DNA from: Bacteroidales bacterium
Lineage (GTDB): Bacteria; Bacteroidota; Bacteroidia; Bacteroidales; UBA3663
Reading direction: 5' to 3'
DNA length: 64,000 bases
NCBI GenBank assembly: GCA_016293065.1
Contig: JAEDEY010000001.1
Coordinates: 7,156 to 71,155, forward strand
A model generated the notes under the pieces. That model did not search any database, had not been told where the DNA came from, and was given only the letters and a program-made list of their open reading frames with translations. Both the position numbers and the translations under genes were made by a program. Each line of letters begins with the position of its first letter. Positions within the stretch are counted from its first letter, which is position 1. Positions 44,350 through 52,845 of the stretch are shown here, in pieces.

Positions 44350-44485
44350 GGGAGATAACAGGAGTTAGCTGGGGTTATTAGGAGATAACGGACAATAGTT
44401 GTCCTACAGTTGGAGTGCATTGGGTTCGACAAATCTACATTCGTCCTTTATCACCCGCTATCTCCCTTTTAACACCAGCTAACCC
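44350..44485. repeat. Largest composite palindromic intergenic element of the GGAGATAAC/GGAGTTAGC family
   Basis: Left arm GGGAGATAACAGGAGTTAGCTGGGGTTATTAGGAGATAACGG (44350-44391). Right arm TATCACCCGCTATCTCCCTTTTAACACCAGCTAACCC (ends 44485). The outer words (GTTAGCTGG/CCAGCTAAC) and inner words (GGAGATAACGG/CCGCTATCTCC) pair in hairpin order. A small central hairpin reads GGACAATAGTTGTCC. Confidence 0.8.
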
Positions 44486-44512
44486 AAAATAACAATAATA
44501 ATTAATTTACAA

Positions 44513-45352
44513 ATGTTTATTGAAGTTAAGAACGTAAGCAAGCAGTATTCAGGTCATGTTGCCTTGAATAACGTAAGCCTTGAGGTTCCAGATGGTTCAA
44601 TCTACGGACTGTTGGGTCCTAATGGAGCCGGAAAGACCAGTCTTATCCGTATCATCAACCGCATCACTCATGCCGACAGCGGAGAGGTGCTGATGAACGG
44701 AAAGGTAATGACCGATGCCGACATCACCAAGATCGGCTATCTGCCAGAGGAACGTGGTCTTTACAAGAAGATGAAGGTGGGAGAACAGATTGTGTATCTT
44801 GCTCGTCTGCATGGCATGACAAAGCAGGATGCTAAGTTGAGGATGAAGGAATGGCTCGAGAGATTTGAGCTCACCGAATGGGAGAACAAAAAGCTTGAAG
44901 CCCTGTCGAAAGGCATGGCTCAGAAAGTTCAGTTCATCGCTACTGTGATACATCGTCCACCACTGCTGATTTTTGACGAACCATTCTCAGGTTTCGACCC
45001 TGTGAATGCCGAGATTCTCAAGAAAGAGATCATCCGTCTGAAGGATGAAGGCTCGGTAGTGCTTTTCTCGACCCACAACATGTCGTCGGTCGAGGAGGTC
45101 TGTGACGAGATTTCGCTTATCAATCATTCGGAGATAGTGCTCCAGGGTAAGGTGAAGGATATCCGTCAGAAATACAAGAAAGGTATCTTTGAGGTCAATC
45201 TCACAGATGGCACGACCTTCGAATACAAGGTGCCTGAGGGAATGAGCAATCACGATGCCATCGCCAAACTCAACGAGGAATACGACCTGTTCGGCTTCCA
45301 CGAGATTTTGCCGTCGATGCATGAAATTTTCGTACAAACCGTTAGCGAATAA
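44513..45352 (+). CDS. ABC transporter ATP-binding protein (ABC-2 type)
   Basis: Walker A 'GLLGPNGAGKTS', signature 'LSKGMAQKVQF', Walker B 'LLIFDEPFSGFD'. Confidence 0.9.
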   Translation: MFIEVKNVSKQYSGHVALNNVSLEVPDGSIYGLLGPNGAGKTSLIRIINRITHADSGEVLMNGKVMTDADITKIGYLPEERGLYKKMKVGEQIVYLARLHGMTKQDAKLRMKEWLERFELTEWENKKLEALSKGMAQKVQFIATVIHRPPLLIFDEPFSGFDPVNAEILKKEIIRLKDEGSVVLFSTHNMSSVEEVCDEISLINHSEIVLQGKVKDIRQKYKKGIFEVNLTDGTTFEYKVPEGMSNHDAIAKLNEEYDLFGFHEILPSMHEIFVQTVSE

Positions 45353-45357
45353 GAATT

Positions 45358-46710
45358 ATGAGCAGATTAGGACTTATCATTCAGCGTGAATATATGCAGA
45401 TTGTAGCCAAGAAGTCGTTTATTTTCACTACAATCCTTCTACCTATACTTATGGTTGCACTCGTTGCTATCCTGCCGGCTTTCCTTGCCAATGTGAAGAG
45501 CGATGAGAAGAAAAATGTCGCAATCATCGACAACAATCCAGGTGCTGTCTATGCTGCAGCTATCCAAGACACCGAAGACTATCATTTCGTCAAGGTAAGT
45601 GAGAATCTTGAGGGTACGGATTTGTACTCTTATTTCCAAAACGAAAAGGAAGGACAGGGGCTTAGTGCCATTGTCCAGATTCCAGCCGACCTTTCGACCA
45701 GCACCACTTTCTACGTCTATTCTGATCAGGCCATCAACTCTTCTCTCGAACGCGACATCAAGTCCGCGCTTCGTCCGATGCTTGAGCAGGAACGCATACA
45801 GTCGTATGGCATCGACAGTCTTGCCGACATCATCGATCAGTGCAAGGTCAGCCTCTCGTCGAAGAGCGTGAAGTGGGGCGAAGAGGGTGAAGAGAAAGTG
45901 TCGTCGGCCATGCTTGGCGAGATAATCGGATTGGGTCTGTCGTTCCTCACTTATATGTTTGTGCTTATGTATGGCGCAATGATCATGAACGGCGTAATCG
46001 AAGAGAAGACCAACCGCATTGTCGAAGTCATCGTTTCTTCATGCAAGCCTATGGAGCTCATGCTCGGAAAGATCATCGGTGTTGCCTTGGTCGGTTTCAC
46101 TCAGATCATCATCTGGGCAGTATTGCTCGGCATTGCAGGCACAATACTTGGTGCAAGTGCTTTCATAAGTGGTCCGACCGATCCTGCAGCACTCTCAGCT
46201 GCTATGAGTCAGAACCCAGAGATGGTCAACGAAGCAATGGCTCAGATGCAGGAGTCAAATGAGCTTGCCGAGATCATCCAGATGATACTCAGTGTCAACT
46301 ACATGCAGATACTAACCTTCTTCGTGCTATACTTCATTGGCGGCTACCTGCTCTATGCTGCCCTCTTCGCAGCATTCGGAAGTGCAGTTGATCAGCCAAG
46401 CGACGCATCGCAGTTCATGACACCTATCATGATCATCATGGTCTTTTCCATCTATGCTGCTATGTTCAGCATCGAGAATCCCGATGGACCACTTGCTTGG
46501 TGGTGCAGCATCATTCCATTCACATCGCCAATAGTGATGATGATCCGTCTGCCTTACGATGTGCCATTCTGGGAAATGCTTCTTAGCATCGCACTTCTCT
46601 ATGGTTGTGCATTCGGCATCCTCTACATCGCAGGCAAGATTTATCGCACAGGCATACTCATGTATGGAAAGAAAGTCTCGATCAAGGAGATTGTCAAGTG
46701 GATTAAATAA
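45358..46710 (+). CDS. ABC-2 family transporter permease
   Basis: An N-terminal TM helix, a large extracytoplasmic loop, then 5 C-terminal TM helices. It starts 5 nt after the ATPase gene. Confidence 0.8.
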   Translation: MSRLGLIIQREYMQIVAKKSFIFTTILLPILMVALVAILPAFLANVKSDEKKNVAIIDNNPGAVYAAAIQDTEDYHFVKVSENLEGTDLYSYFQNEKEGQGLSAIVQIPADLSTSTTFYVYSDQAINSSLERDIKSALRPMLEQERIQSYGIDSLADIIDQCKVSLSSKSVKWGEEGEEKVSSAMLGEIIGLGLSFLTYMFVLMYGAMIMNGVIEEKTNRIVEVIVSSCKPMELMLGKIIGVALVGFTQIIIWAVLLGIAGTILGASAFISGPTDPAALSAAMSQNPEMVNEAMAQMQESNELAEIIQMILSVNYMQILTFFVLYFIGGYLLYAALFAAFGSAVDQPSDASQFMTPIMIIMVFSIYAAMFSIENPDGPLAWWCSIIPFTSPIVMMIRLPYDVPFWEMLLSIALLYGCAFGILYIAGKIYRTGILMYGKKVSIKEIVKWIK

Positions 46711-46737
46711 AACTATATATAATAAAATGAGATGATG

Positions 46738-46759
46738 GGAGATAATGGGAGTTATCTCC
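46738..46759. repeat. Family hairpin GGAGATAA-TGGGAG-TTATCTCC (terminator-like)
   Basis: Perfect 8-bp stem, 28 nt after the permease stop, followed by TATTATTTCC. Confidence 0.6.
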
Positions 46760-46803
46760 TATTATTTCCTTTACAAACAATTTAATACATTACCTATCAA
46801 TCA

Positions 46804-49347
46804 ATGAAAAGGATCACATTATTTTGCATGTCAGCACTTCTTCTAACGGCATGTAGTGAAACGTCACAGGTTGGCAATCCAGACCTGAAGATCAATGAAC
46901 TCGAATATTTTGAGGGCACTGGTGTCAATGTGCTTGTCTATAGCAACACCTTCAACGGAGGCTTCAACGACGAGAAGAATTCTGGCATCGAGATCATCCA
47001 CCATGGTGTACGCACAGTTCAGGGTGGTGCGGTGCGTCTGAACAAGACTCCTGAACAATGGGATCTTGTGCCTACCACTACATCGCGCACAGTCGATGCC
47101 GAGAACAGCAGCATCGAGGTGGCTCTCAACTACGCGGATTATGACTTCGATTCGCGCATTGTGGTGACAGGCAAGGGCAAGGCCGTTGAAATAGCGGTTT
47201 ATCTCGATGAGCCTTTGCCAGCTTTCCTTGAAGGTAAAGCAGGTTTCAACATAGAGTTCCTGCCTTCGCAGTATTGGCAGAAGACCTTCATCATGGATGG
47301 CAAGCTCGACCGTCTGCCTCGCTATACTTCCAGCGAGACGACTGCCGAACCAAACAGCGAGAAGCCAAAGCAGTTCAAGGGCTTTAAGACCTACGACGAC
47401 CGAGGCACTGGCAAGTTTGTCGATCCAAAGCCTCTCGCTACAGGCCATCACATCATACTTGCTTCCGACACTCCTGAACGCATGGTCACCGTCACTTCAG
47501 CCGATGCCGACCTCGAACTCTACGACGGACGTGTGCTTGCCCAGAACGGCTGGTACGTGCTTCGCAGCCCTCTTCCTGCTGGCAAGACTGGCAAGGTGCT
47601 CACATGGACAGTCGAGCCAAACGAGATTCCTAACTGGGTGCGTGAGCCAAACATTGGTTTCTCACAGGTGGGCTATATCCCTTCACAGCCAAAGATTGCC
47701 GTCATCGAGCTCGACAAGAACGACAAGGTTCAGTCGTCGGCTTCGCTCTACAGAATCAATCCTGATGGTTCGAGCACCAGGGCTTTCTCAGGAGCAACAA
47801 AGGAATGGGGTAGATATTATAAATACAATTATGCGCATTTCGACTTCTCGGCTGTCACTGAGCCTGGCATCTATTACATCCAGTATGGTGATACCAAGAC
47901 CAATAACTTCATCATCGACGAAAATGTCTATGACAAGATCACTGATGCCACGACCGACGTGTGGATTCCTATCCACATGAATCACATGGCAGTCAACGAA
48001 GGCTATCGTATGTGGCATGGCGAGCCTTTCAAGGAAGGTTATCTGCAAGCACCTCCCAGCGATCATTTCGACTTGCACTTTCAGGGTCCTGAGACAGAGA
48101 CTCGCTATAAGCCTTATGAACTGATTCCAGGACTTAATGTAGGTGGTTTCTTCGATGCGGGCGACTATGACATCGAGACCGATTCCAACATCGGAGTAGT
48201 GCAGAATCTCATCCGTGCATGGCGTCTCTTCCGTTCCGACCGCGACCAGACCTTCGTCAGCGAGGAACAGCGATATGTCGATCTGCATCGTCCTGACGGA
48301 ACACCCGACATCCTGCAGTTCATCGAACATGGTATGCTCAACCTTCTTGCTCAATCGGAGAAGATCGGTCACATGGCTTCGACATTGTCAAATGGTGTGC
48401 TCGACAACTATCATCATCTTGGCGACATCTCAGCCATCACCGATGGCTTGCACTACGACTCAAAGCTGAAGCCTTATACCAAGAGTGCCGATGGCAAGTC
48501 GAGTGGAGTGAACGATGATCTCTGGGCTTTCACTACCCGCAATCCTCGTCTCGACGCTCAGGCAGCAACGGTGTTTGCAGCTGCAAGCAAGGTGCTCGCA
48601 GACTATGACCCAGCTCTCGCCAAGCGTGCGTTGTCGGAGTCAAAGCGACTGATGAAAGAGAGTGAGGAACTGATGAAGAAAATGCCTACTCCTCCTATGA
48701 GCAACAGAGCATGGATGAGTATAGGTAATCTCGGCACAAACCTTGAGTTGTATGTGGCAACGGGCGAACAGTCTTATCTCGATGCGTTCAACGCACAGAT
48801 CTTCAAGGCTCTTGACCGCAATGTCTATTTCACTCTGCAGACAGCCCTCGATGCCGTGCCTTATCTTGGCGATGACTACAAGAACCAGCTTCGTCCGTAT
48901 GTCGAGCAATATAAGTCGTATATAGATAGTCTCGCATATCAGAATCCTTATGGCGTGCCTATTGGCCTCGGCAACTGGGCAGGAGGTGGACAGGTCACCA
49001 ACTTCGGCACTACCGTATGCTATGCACACCAGTATTTCCCCGACATTGTGCCAATGGATTGTGCCTACAAGACTGCTGCCTATATCTTTGGCTGTCACCC
49101 ATACCACAACTACTCGCTCGTAGCTGCAGTTGGTGCTGCTCGTCCGAAGGCTGTGTTCTATGGCAACAACCGTGCTGACTTCTCGTTCATTCCTGGTAAC
49201 ATGGCTCCTGGCATCCTCTTCCGTTATCCCGACCATTTCGAGAATTACGACGATTGGCCGTTCCTTTGGGGTCAGAACGAAGGCACCATAGCAGGCAATG
49301 TCGGTTATCTCATCTTTGGCTCGGCATTCAAGTCGATGGCTAAGTGA
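46804..49347 (+). CDS. Glycoside hydrolase family 9 lipoprotein (with N-terminal Ig-like domain)
   Basis: Lipoprotein signal 'MSALLLTACS'. GH9-type 'GGFFDAGDYDIETD' (DAGD motif) and the C-terminal catalytic region 'WGQNEGTIAGN'. 847 aa. Confidence 0.7.
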   Translation: MKRITLFCMSALLLTACSETSQVGNPDLKINELEYFEGTGVNVLVYSNTFNGGFNDEKNSGIEIIHHGVRTVQGGAVRLNKTPEQWDLVPTTTSRTVDAENSSIEVALNYADYDFDSRIVVTGKGKAVEIAVYLDEPLPAFLEGKAGFNIEFLPSQYWQKTFIMDGKLDRLPRYTSSETTAEPNSEKPKQFKGFKTYDDRGTGKFVDPKPLATGHHIILASDTPERMVTVTSADADLELYDGRVLAQNGWYVLRSPLPAGKTGKVLTWTVEPNEIPNWVREPNIGFSQVGYIPSQPKIAVIELDKNDKVQSSASLYRINPDGSSTRAFSGATKEWGRYYKYNYAHFDFSAVTEPGIYYIQYGDTKTNNFIIDENVYDKITDATTDVWIPIHMNHMAVNEGYRMWHGEPFKEGYLQAPPSDHFDLHFQGPETETRYKPYELIPGLNVGGFFDAGDYDIETDSNIGVVQNLIRAWRLFRSDRDQTFVSEEQRYVDLHRPDGTPDILQFIEHGMLNLLAQSEKIGHMASTLSNGVLDNYHHLGDISAITDGLHYDSKLKPYTKSADGKSSGVNDDLWAFTTRNPRLDAQAATVFAAASKVLADYDPALAKRALSESKRLMKESEELMKKMPTPPMSNRAWMSIGNLGTNLELYVATGEQSYLDAFNAQIFKALDRNVYFTLQTALDAVPYLGDDYKNQLRPYVEQYKSYIDSLAYQNPYGVPIGLGNWAGGGQVTNFGTTVCYAHQYFPDIVPMDCAYKTAAYIFGCHPYHNYSLVAAVGAARPKAVFYGNNRADFSFIPGNMAPGILFRYPDHFENYDDWPFLWGQNEGTIAGNVGYLIFGSAFKSMAK

Positions 49348-49387
49348 GGCAACCGTATCTGAGACTTATTGCTCTGAGAGCTGAAGC

Positions 49388-50341
49388 TTACACCTTCAAA
49401 GCTCTCAGGGCATTGCATACGGCGAGAATCATGATACCGGTGTCGGCAAACACTGCGAGCCACATGCTGGTGAAGCCGAATGCACTCAGAATGAGTACAA
49501 CGATCTTGACACCTATGGCAGCTATGATGTTCTGCCATACGATACTCATGCAACGCTGAGCAATTTTCTTAGCAATATCAAGTCGAGAAGGGTCATCGTC
49601 AGCAAAAGCTATCTCATCGCTTGGGATAGAGCCTCGGCTGAGCTGTTCGAGACCGCAACCATCGGTAATGAGAATGCCGTGCGAGCTGGCATTGATGATA
49701 GAGGCAAAGAAAGTCATAGGGATACTGATGACCAGTGCACAAGGACAACTGATGACGAGGAAGGTGAGTGCGCGATAGAGCCAGGTGTTCCATTCTGCCT
49801 CACAACCTAAAGCCATGTTGATCATGGGAACTCCAATTAACAGCAACAAGGAACCAAGACAGACAAAAGGTGTATAGACCTTGGCAAAACGGGTGATAAA
49901 TGCCTCGGAACGTGATGACTGACGCGAGCCCTCGTGTTTCGCTATGCCGAGTTCTCTGATTTTCTTCATGCTCTTGATGCTTGCATAGCCTTGGAAATAC
50001 TCACCAATGCGGAAGAAAAGAATTACCGAGATGGCCTCTCCATAGTCGCCTGATCCCTCGATAATGGCAAGCGCAAAGACACCTAATGTGGCCACTGCCA
50101 TAAGAAAATACTCGTCGAACCATTGGCCGTGGACAATGCCCCTGATGGCTTTCCATAGCACATCGATGCCTACAAAGAGATAGACTGCGACATAGACCAA
50201 AAGCTTTGACGACGCGGAGTCAATGTGGTCTGACAGTAGATTGGCCGCAAGGTATAGCACTGAAGCAACTACGATACGGACGAGGTCACCATGCGAAGCC
50301 GCATGATGGTGATGATGGTGGTTATGTTGATTGTCGGACAT
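49388..50341 (-). CDS. P1B-type heavy-metal ATPase homologue reduced to its membrane domain (no actuator, phosphorylation or nucleotide-binding domains)
   Basis: 317 aa from 'MSDNQHNHHHHHHAASHG'. It keeps 'FITRFAKVYTP', 'FLVISCPCALVISIP...GILITDGCGLEQL' and C-terminal 'MWLAVFADTGIMILAVCNALRAL', all close to ZntA/CadA-type pumps. No TGES, DKTGT or GDGxND motifs are present. Confidence 0.75.
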   Translation of the reverse strand: MSDNQHNHHHHHHAASHGDLVRIVVASVLYLAANLLSDHIDSASSKLLVYVAVYLFVGIDVLWKAIRGIVHGQWFDEYFLMAVATLGVFALAIIEGSGDYGEAISVILFFRIGEYFQGYASIKSMKKIRELGIAKHEGSRQSSRSEAFITRFAKVYTPFVCLGSLLLLIGVPMINMALGCEAEWNTWLYRALTFLVISCPCALVISIPMTFFASIINASSHGILITDGCGLEQLSRGSIPSDEIAFADDDPSRLDIAKKIAQRCMSIVWQNIIAAIGVKIVVLILSAFGFTSMWLAVFADTGIMILAVCNALRALKV

Positions 50342-50370
50342 TTTTTTATAATTTACCCAATTTGGAGTGG

Positions 50371-50378
50371 CAAAGATA
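50371..50378 (-). promoter_or_regulatory. -7 box TATCTTTG (minus strand) upstream of the truncated P1B homologue
   Basis: The plus strand reads CAAAGATA, 30 nt upstream of ATG 50341. Confidence 0.55.
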
Positions 50379-50430
50379 GAAAAAAAACAACAAATAGCGA
50401 AATTTATTAGGTAAATATGAATAAATATCA

Positions 50431-50438
50431 TAACTTTG
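50431..50438 (+). promoter_or_regulatory. -7 box TAACTTTG upstream of the CotH-family gene
   Basis: TAnnTTTG match 26 nt upstream of ATG 50464. Confidence 0.5.
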
Positions 50439-50463
50439 TACAAAAATTATTACCTATTTCATC

Positions 50464-52845
50464 ATGAAAAGAATATTTACCTTTTTGATGGCACTATCTC
50501 TGTGGGTCATCCCTAGTGAAGCGCAAGTGGTGATTAATGAGTTCATGCAATCAAATATCGATTGTGTAATGGACGATTTGAACGACTTTCCAGACTCGTG
50601 GGTGGAGTTGTACAATGCTGGTTCTGCTCCTGTCGATATGTCGGAATTCAGCATCGGTACATCGAGAAAAGCGAACAAGGCCTACAAGTTGCCGAAGCAG
50701 ACTCTCAATGCCAATGATTATGTACTGGTGTATTGTGACAAAGAAGAGAAGTCTTGGCATACATCTTTTAGACTTGAGTCGGGCAAGGGCTGCACCATCT
50801 ATCTGTTCCATGGTAGTGAGATTGAAGACTCTATACCATCGGGACTAAAAAAACAACCTGCTCCAAACATCGCATATGGACGCAAGACTGACGCTTCGGA
50901 CAAATGGGGATATATGGCAGTTCCAACACCAAAGGCCGCCAACTGCGGCACTATTTACAGTAAGATATTAGACAACCCTATGTTCAGCATTCCAGGCATG
51001 GTATATGCTGACAAGGCTAAACCTCTGACATTGGAAATCTCACTACCAGAAGGCTCTCCCGAAGGAACCGTGATACGATATACGACCGATGGAAAAGAAC
51101 CTACCGAGACAAGCAAGAGATATACGGCCCCTATCTCTTTTTCAACTACGACAGTGGTCAGAGCAAAGCTCTTCTGCGACGGATACATGTCGCCACGATC
51201 GACCACACATTCCTACATCATGTTAGGCAGAAAGGCCGACCTAGCTGTCGTATCGGTAGTGTCGGATGCCAAATATTTTACCGATAGCAAGATTGGCATC
51301 TTTTCTGATTCAAAGTCTTTTGATGGCACAGAAAACTACAAACACAACTGGCGTCGTCCGATCAACTATGAGTTGTTTGAGACCAATGGTGAAGAAAGCA
51401 AGCTGAATCAGCTGTGCGAGGCACGTGTCACTGGAGGCGCTTCTCGCGGTTGTGCACTAAAGTCGATGGGGCTCTATGCCAACAAGCGTTTCGGCGAGAA
51501 GCGTTTCAACTATGAGTTCTTTCCCGACCAGCGTCAAGGGATCACTGATTTCAAGTCGGTAATGATGCGCAACGCTGGCAACGACTTCGATTATCTCTAT
51601 ATGCGTGATGCGGTGATACAGCGTATCATGTCAGAGAATGTCGATATAGACTGGCAGGCATGGCGACCAGCCATTTTCTTCCTCAATGGACAATACAAGG
51701 GCATACTCAACATACGTGAACGTAGTAACGAAGACAATATATACACCAACTACGACGGACTCGAAGATATTGACATGGTTGAGAACTGGTATGAGCTGAA
51801 GGAAGGTGACTATGATGAGTGGAAGGCTTTCATGGATTTCTATCAGGCTCATGGTCACAGCTATGAGGAATATGACAAGATAATGGACGTAAGTGAGTTT
51901 ATGAATGTCATGATACTCAATCTCTTCTTCTGCAATCTCGATTTCCCTGGCAACAATATAGTGTGGTGGAAGCCGCAGGCAGAGGGCGGTCGATGGCGTG
52001 TCATTGTCAAGGATACCGACTTCGGATTGGGTCTCTATGGACGCAGTGTGAGCTACAATACCATCAAGTGGCTGTATGACCCTAACTATGACAAAGACAA
52101 TGCCTGGGCCAACAGGTATGAGCACACGCGCCTGTTCCGCCGACTGATGGAGGATGAGCGCTTCAGTCGTGAGTTCATCGACCGCTGTGCGATATATATG
52201 GGCGACTTCATGAACCTCGACCGCACATGGGAGATATGGGAGCCGATGTATAACCTCATTCGCAACGAGTATCCTATTCACCGCAAACTCTACAACGAGT
52301 GGTGGCCAAACTACAACACCGAATTGTCGAATGCAAAAACCTGGCTCAAGAACCGTCCGGCAATATTCTACAAGCATATCAGTGATTACTATAAAGTCGG
52401 GACTCCAGTTAATTTGGCGATTAACCAGTCGCTGTCATCGGCTGATCTCAGCCGTATTGAAGTGTCGTTCAATGGTGTCAAGCTTACCCGTTCAAAATTC
52501 GACGGCAAGTTCTTTGCAGGTCGTTCGGTTGTGCTGACCGGCGAGAATGTCGTTGGTTGGAGAGTCTGCGAGACTACATCGTCGGGCGAACTGAAGACAA
52601 GAGATGTCGAGGGCTCGACTCTCACATTGACTATGCCAAATGCCACCAGTGTAGCAATCACGGCAAAGGTGGGCGATGCGGATGGCATAGGGCAGATTAC
52701 CGGTGCTGATACAGAATCGGCAATAGTAGATATCTATGACCCAGCGGGAATGAAGCGCGAAGCAGTAGGACAAGGCTACAACATAGTTCGCACAGAAGAT
52801 GGCAAGGCTAAGAAGATATGGCAATCAACGGTTAGTGCGGAATAA
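50464..52845 (+). CDS. Secreted CotH-family (atypical kinase fold) protein with N-terminal lamin-tail domain
   Basis: Signal peptide. LTD-like 'VVINEFMQSN...DSWVELYNAGSAPVDMSEFSI'. Chitobiase/FN3-associated-like 'IRYTTDGKEPTETSKRYTAPI'. CotH core 'MMRNAGNDFDYLYMRDAV...LNGQYKGILNIRE'. Confidence 0.7.
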   Translation: MKRIFTFLMALSLWVIPSEAQVVINEFMQSNIDCVMDDLNDFPDSWVELYNAGSAPVDMSEFSIGTSRKANKAYKLPKQTLNANDYVLVYCDKEEKSWHTSFRLESGKGCTIYLFHGSEIEDSIPSGLKKQPAPNIAYGRKTDASDKWGYMAVPTPKAANCGTIYSKILDNPMFSIPGMVYADKAKPLTLEISLPEGSPEGTVIRYTTDGKEPTETSKRYTAPISFSTTTVVRAKLFCDGYMSPRSTTHSYIMLGRKADLAVVSVVSDAKYFTDSKIGIFSDSKSFDGTENYKHNWRRPINYELFETNGEESKLNQLCEARVTGGASRGCALKSMGLYANKRFGEKRFNYEFFPDQRQGITDFKSVMMRNAGNDFDYLYMRDAVIQRIMSENVDIDWQAWRPAIFFLNGQYKGILNIRERSNEDNIYTNYDGLEDIDMVENWYELKEGDYDEWKAFMDFYQAHGHSYEEYDKIMDVSEFMNVMILNLFFCNLDFPGNNIVWWKPQAEGGRWRVIVKDTDFGLGLYGRSVSYNTIKWLYDPNYDKDNAWANRYEHTRLFRRLMEDERFSREFIDRCAIYMGDFMNLDRTWEIWEPMYNLIRNEYPIHRKLYNEWWPNYNTELSNAKTWLKNRPAIFYKHISDYYKVGTPVNLAINQSLSSADLSRIEVSFNGVKLTRSKFDGKFFAGRSVVLTGENVVGWRVCETTSSGELKTRDVEGSTLTLTMPNATSVAITAKVGDADGIGQITGADTESAIVDIYDPAGMKREAVGQGYNIVRTEDGKAKKIWQSTVSAE

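Noticed and set aside
44405-44440. 'GGGTTCGAC' T-loop-like string in the 44342-44512 spacer considered as a tRNA fragment
   Set aside because: No acceptor, D or anticodon arms can be folded around it. It sits in the loop of the composite palindromic repeat.
50296-50322. Run of His codons (HNHHHHHH) considered as a cloning-tag artefact
   Set aside because: The codons are mixed CAT/CAC, embedded in native-looking sequence, with a promoter box upstream. His-rich N-termini are normal metal-binding extensions of P1B-type pumps.
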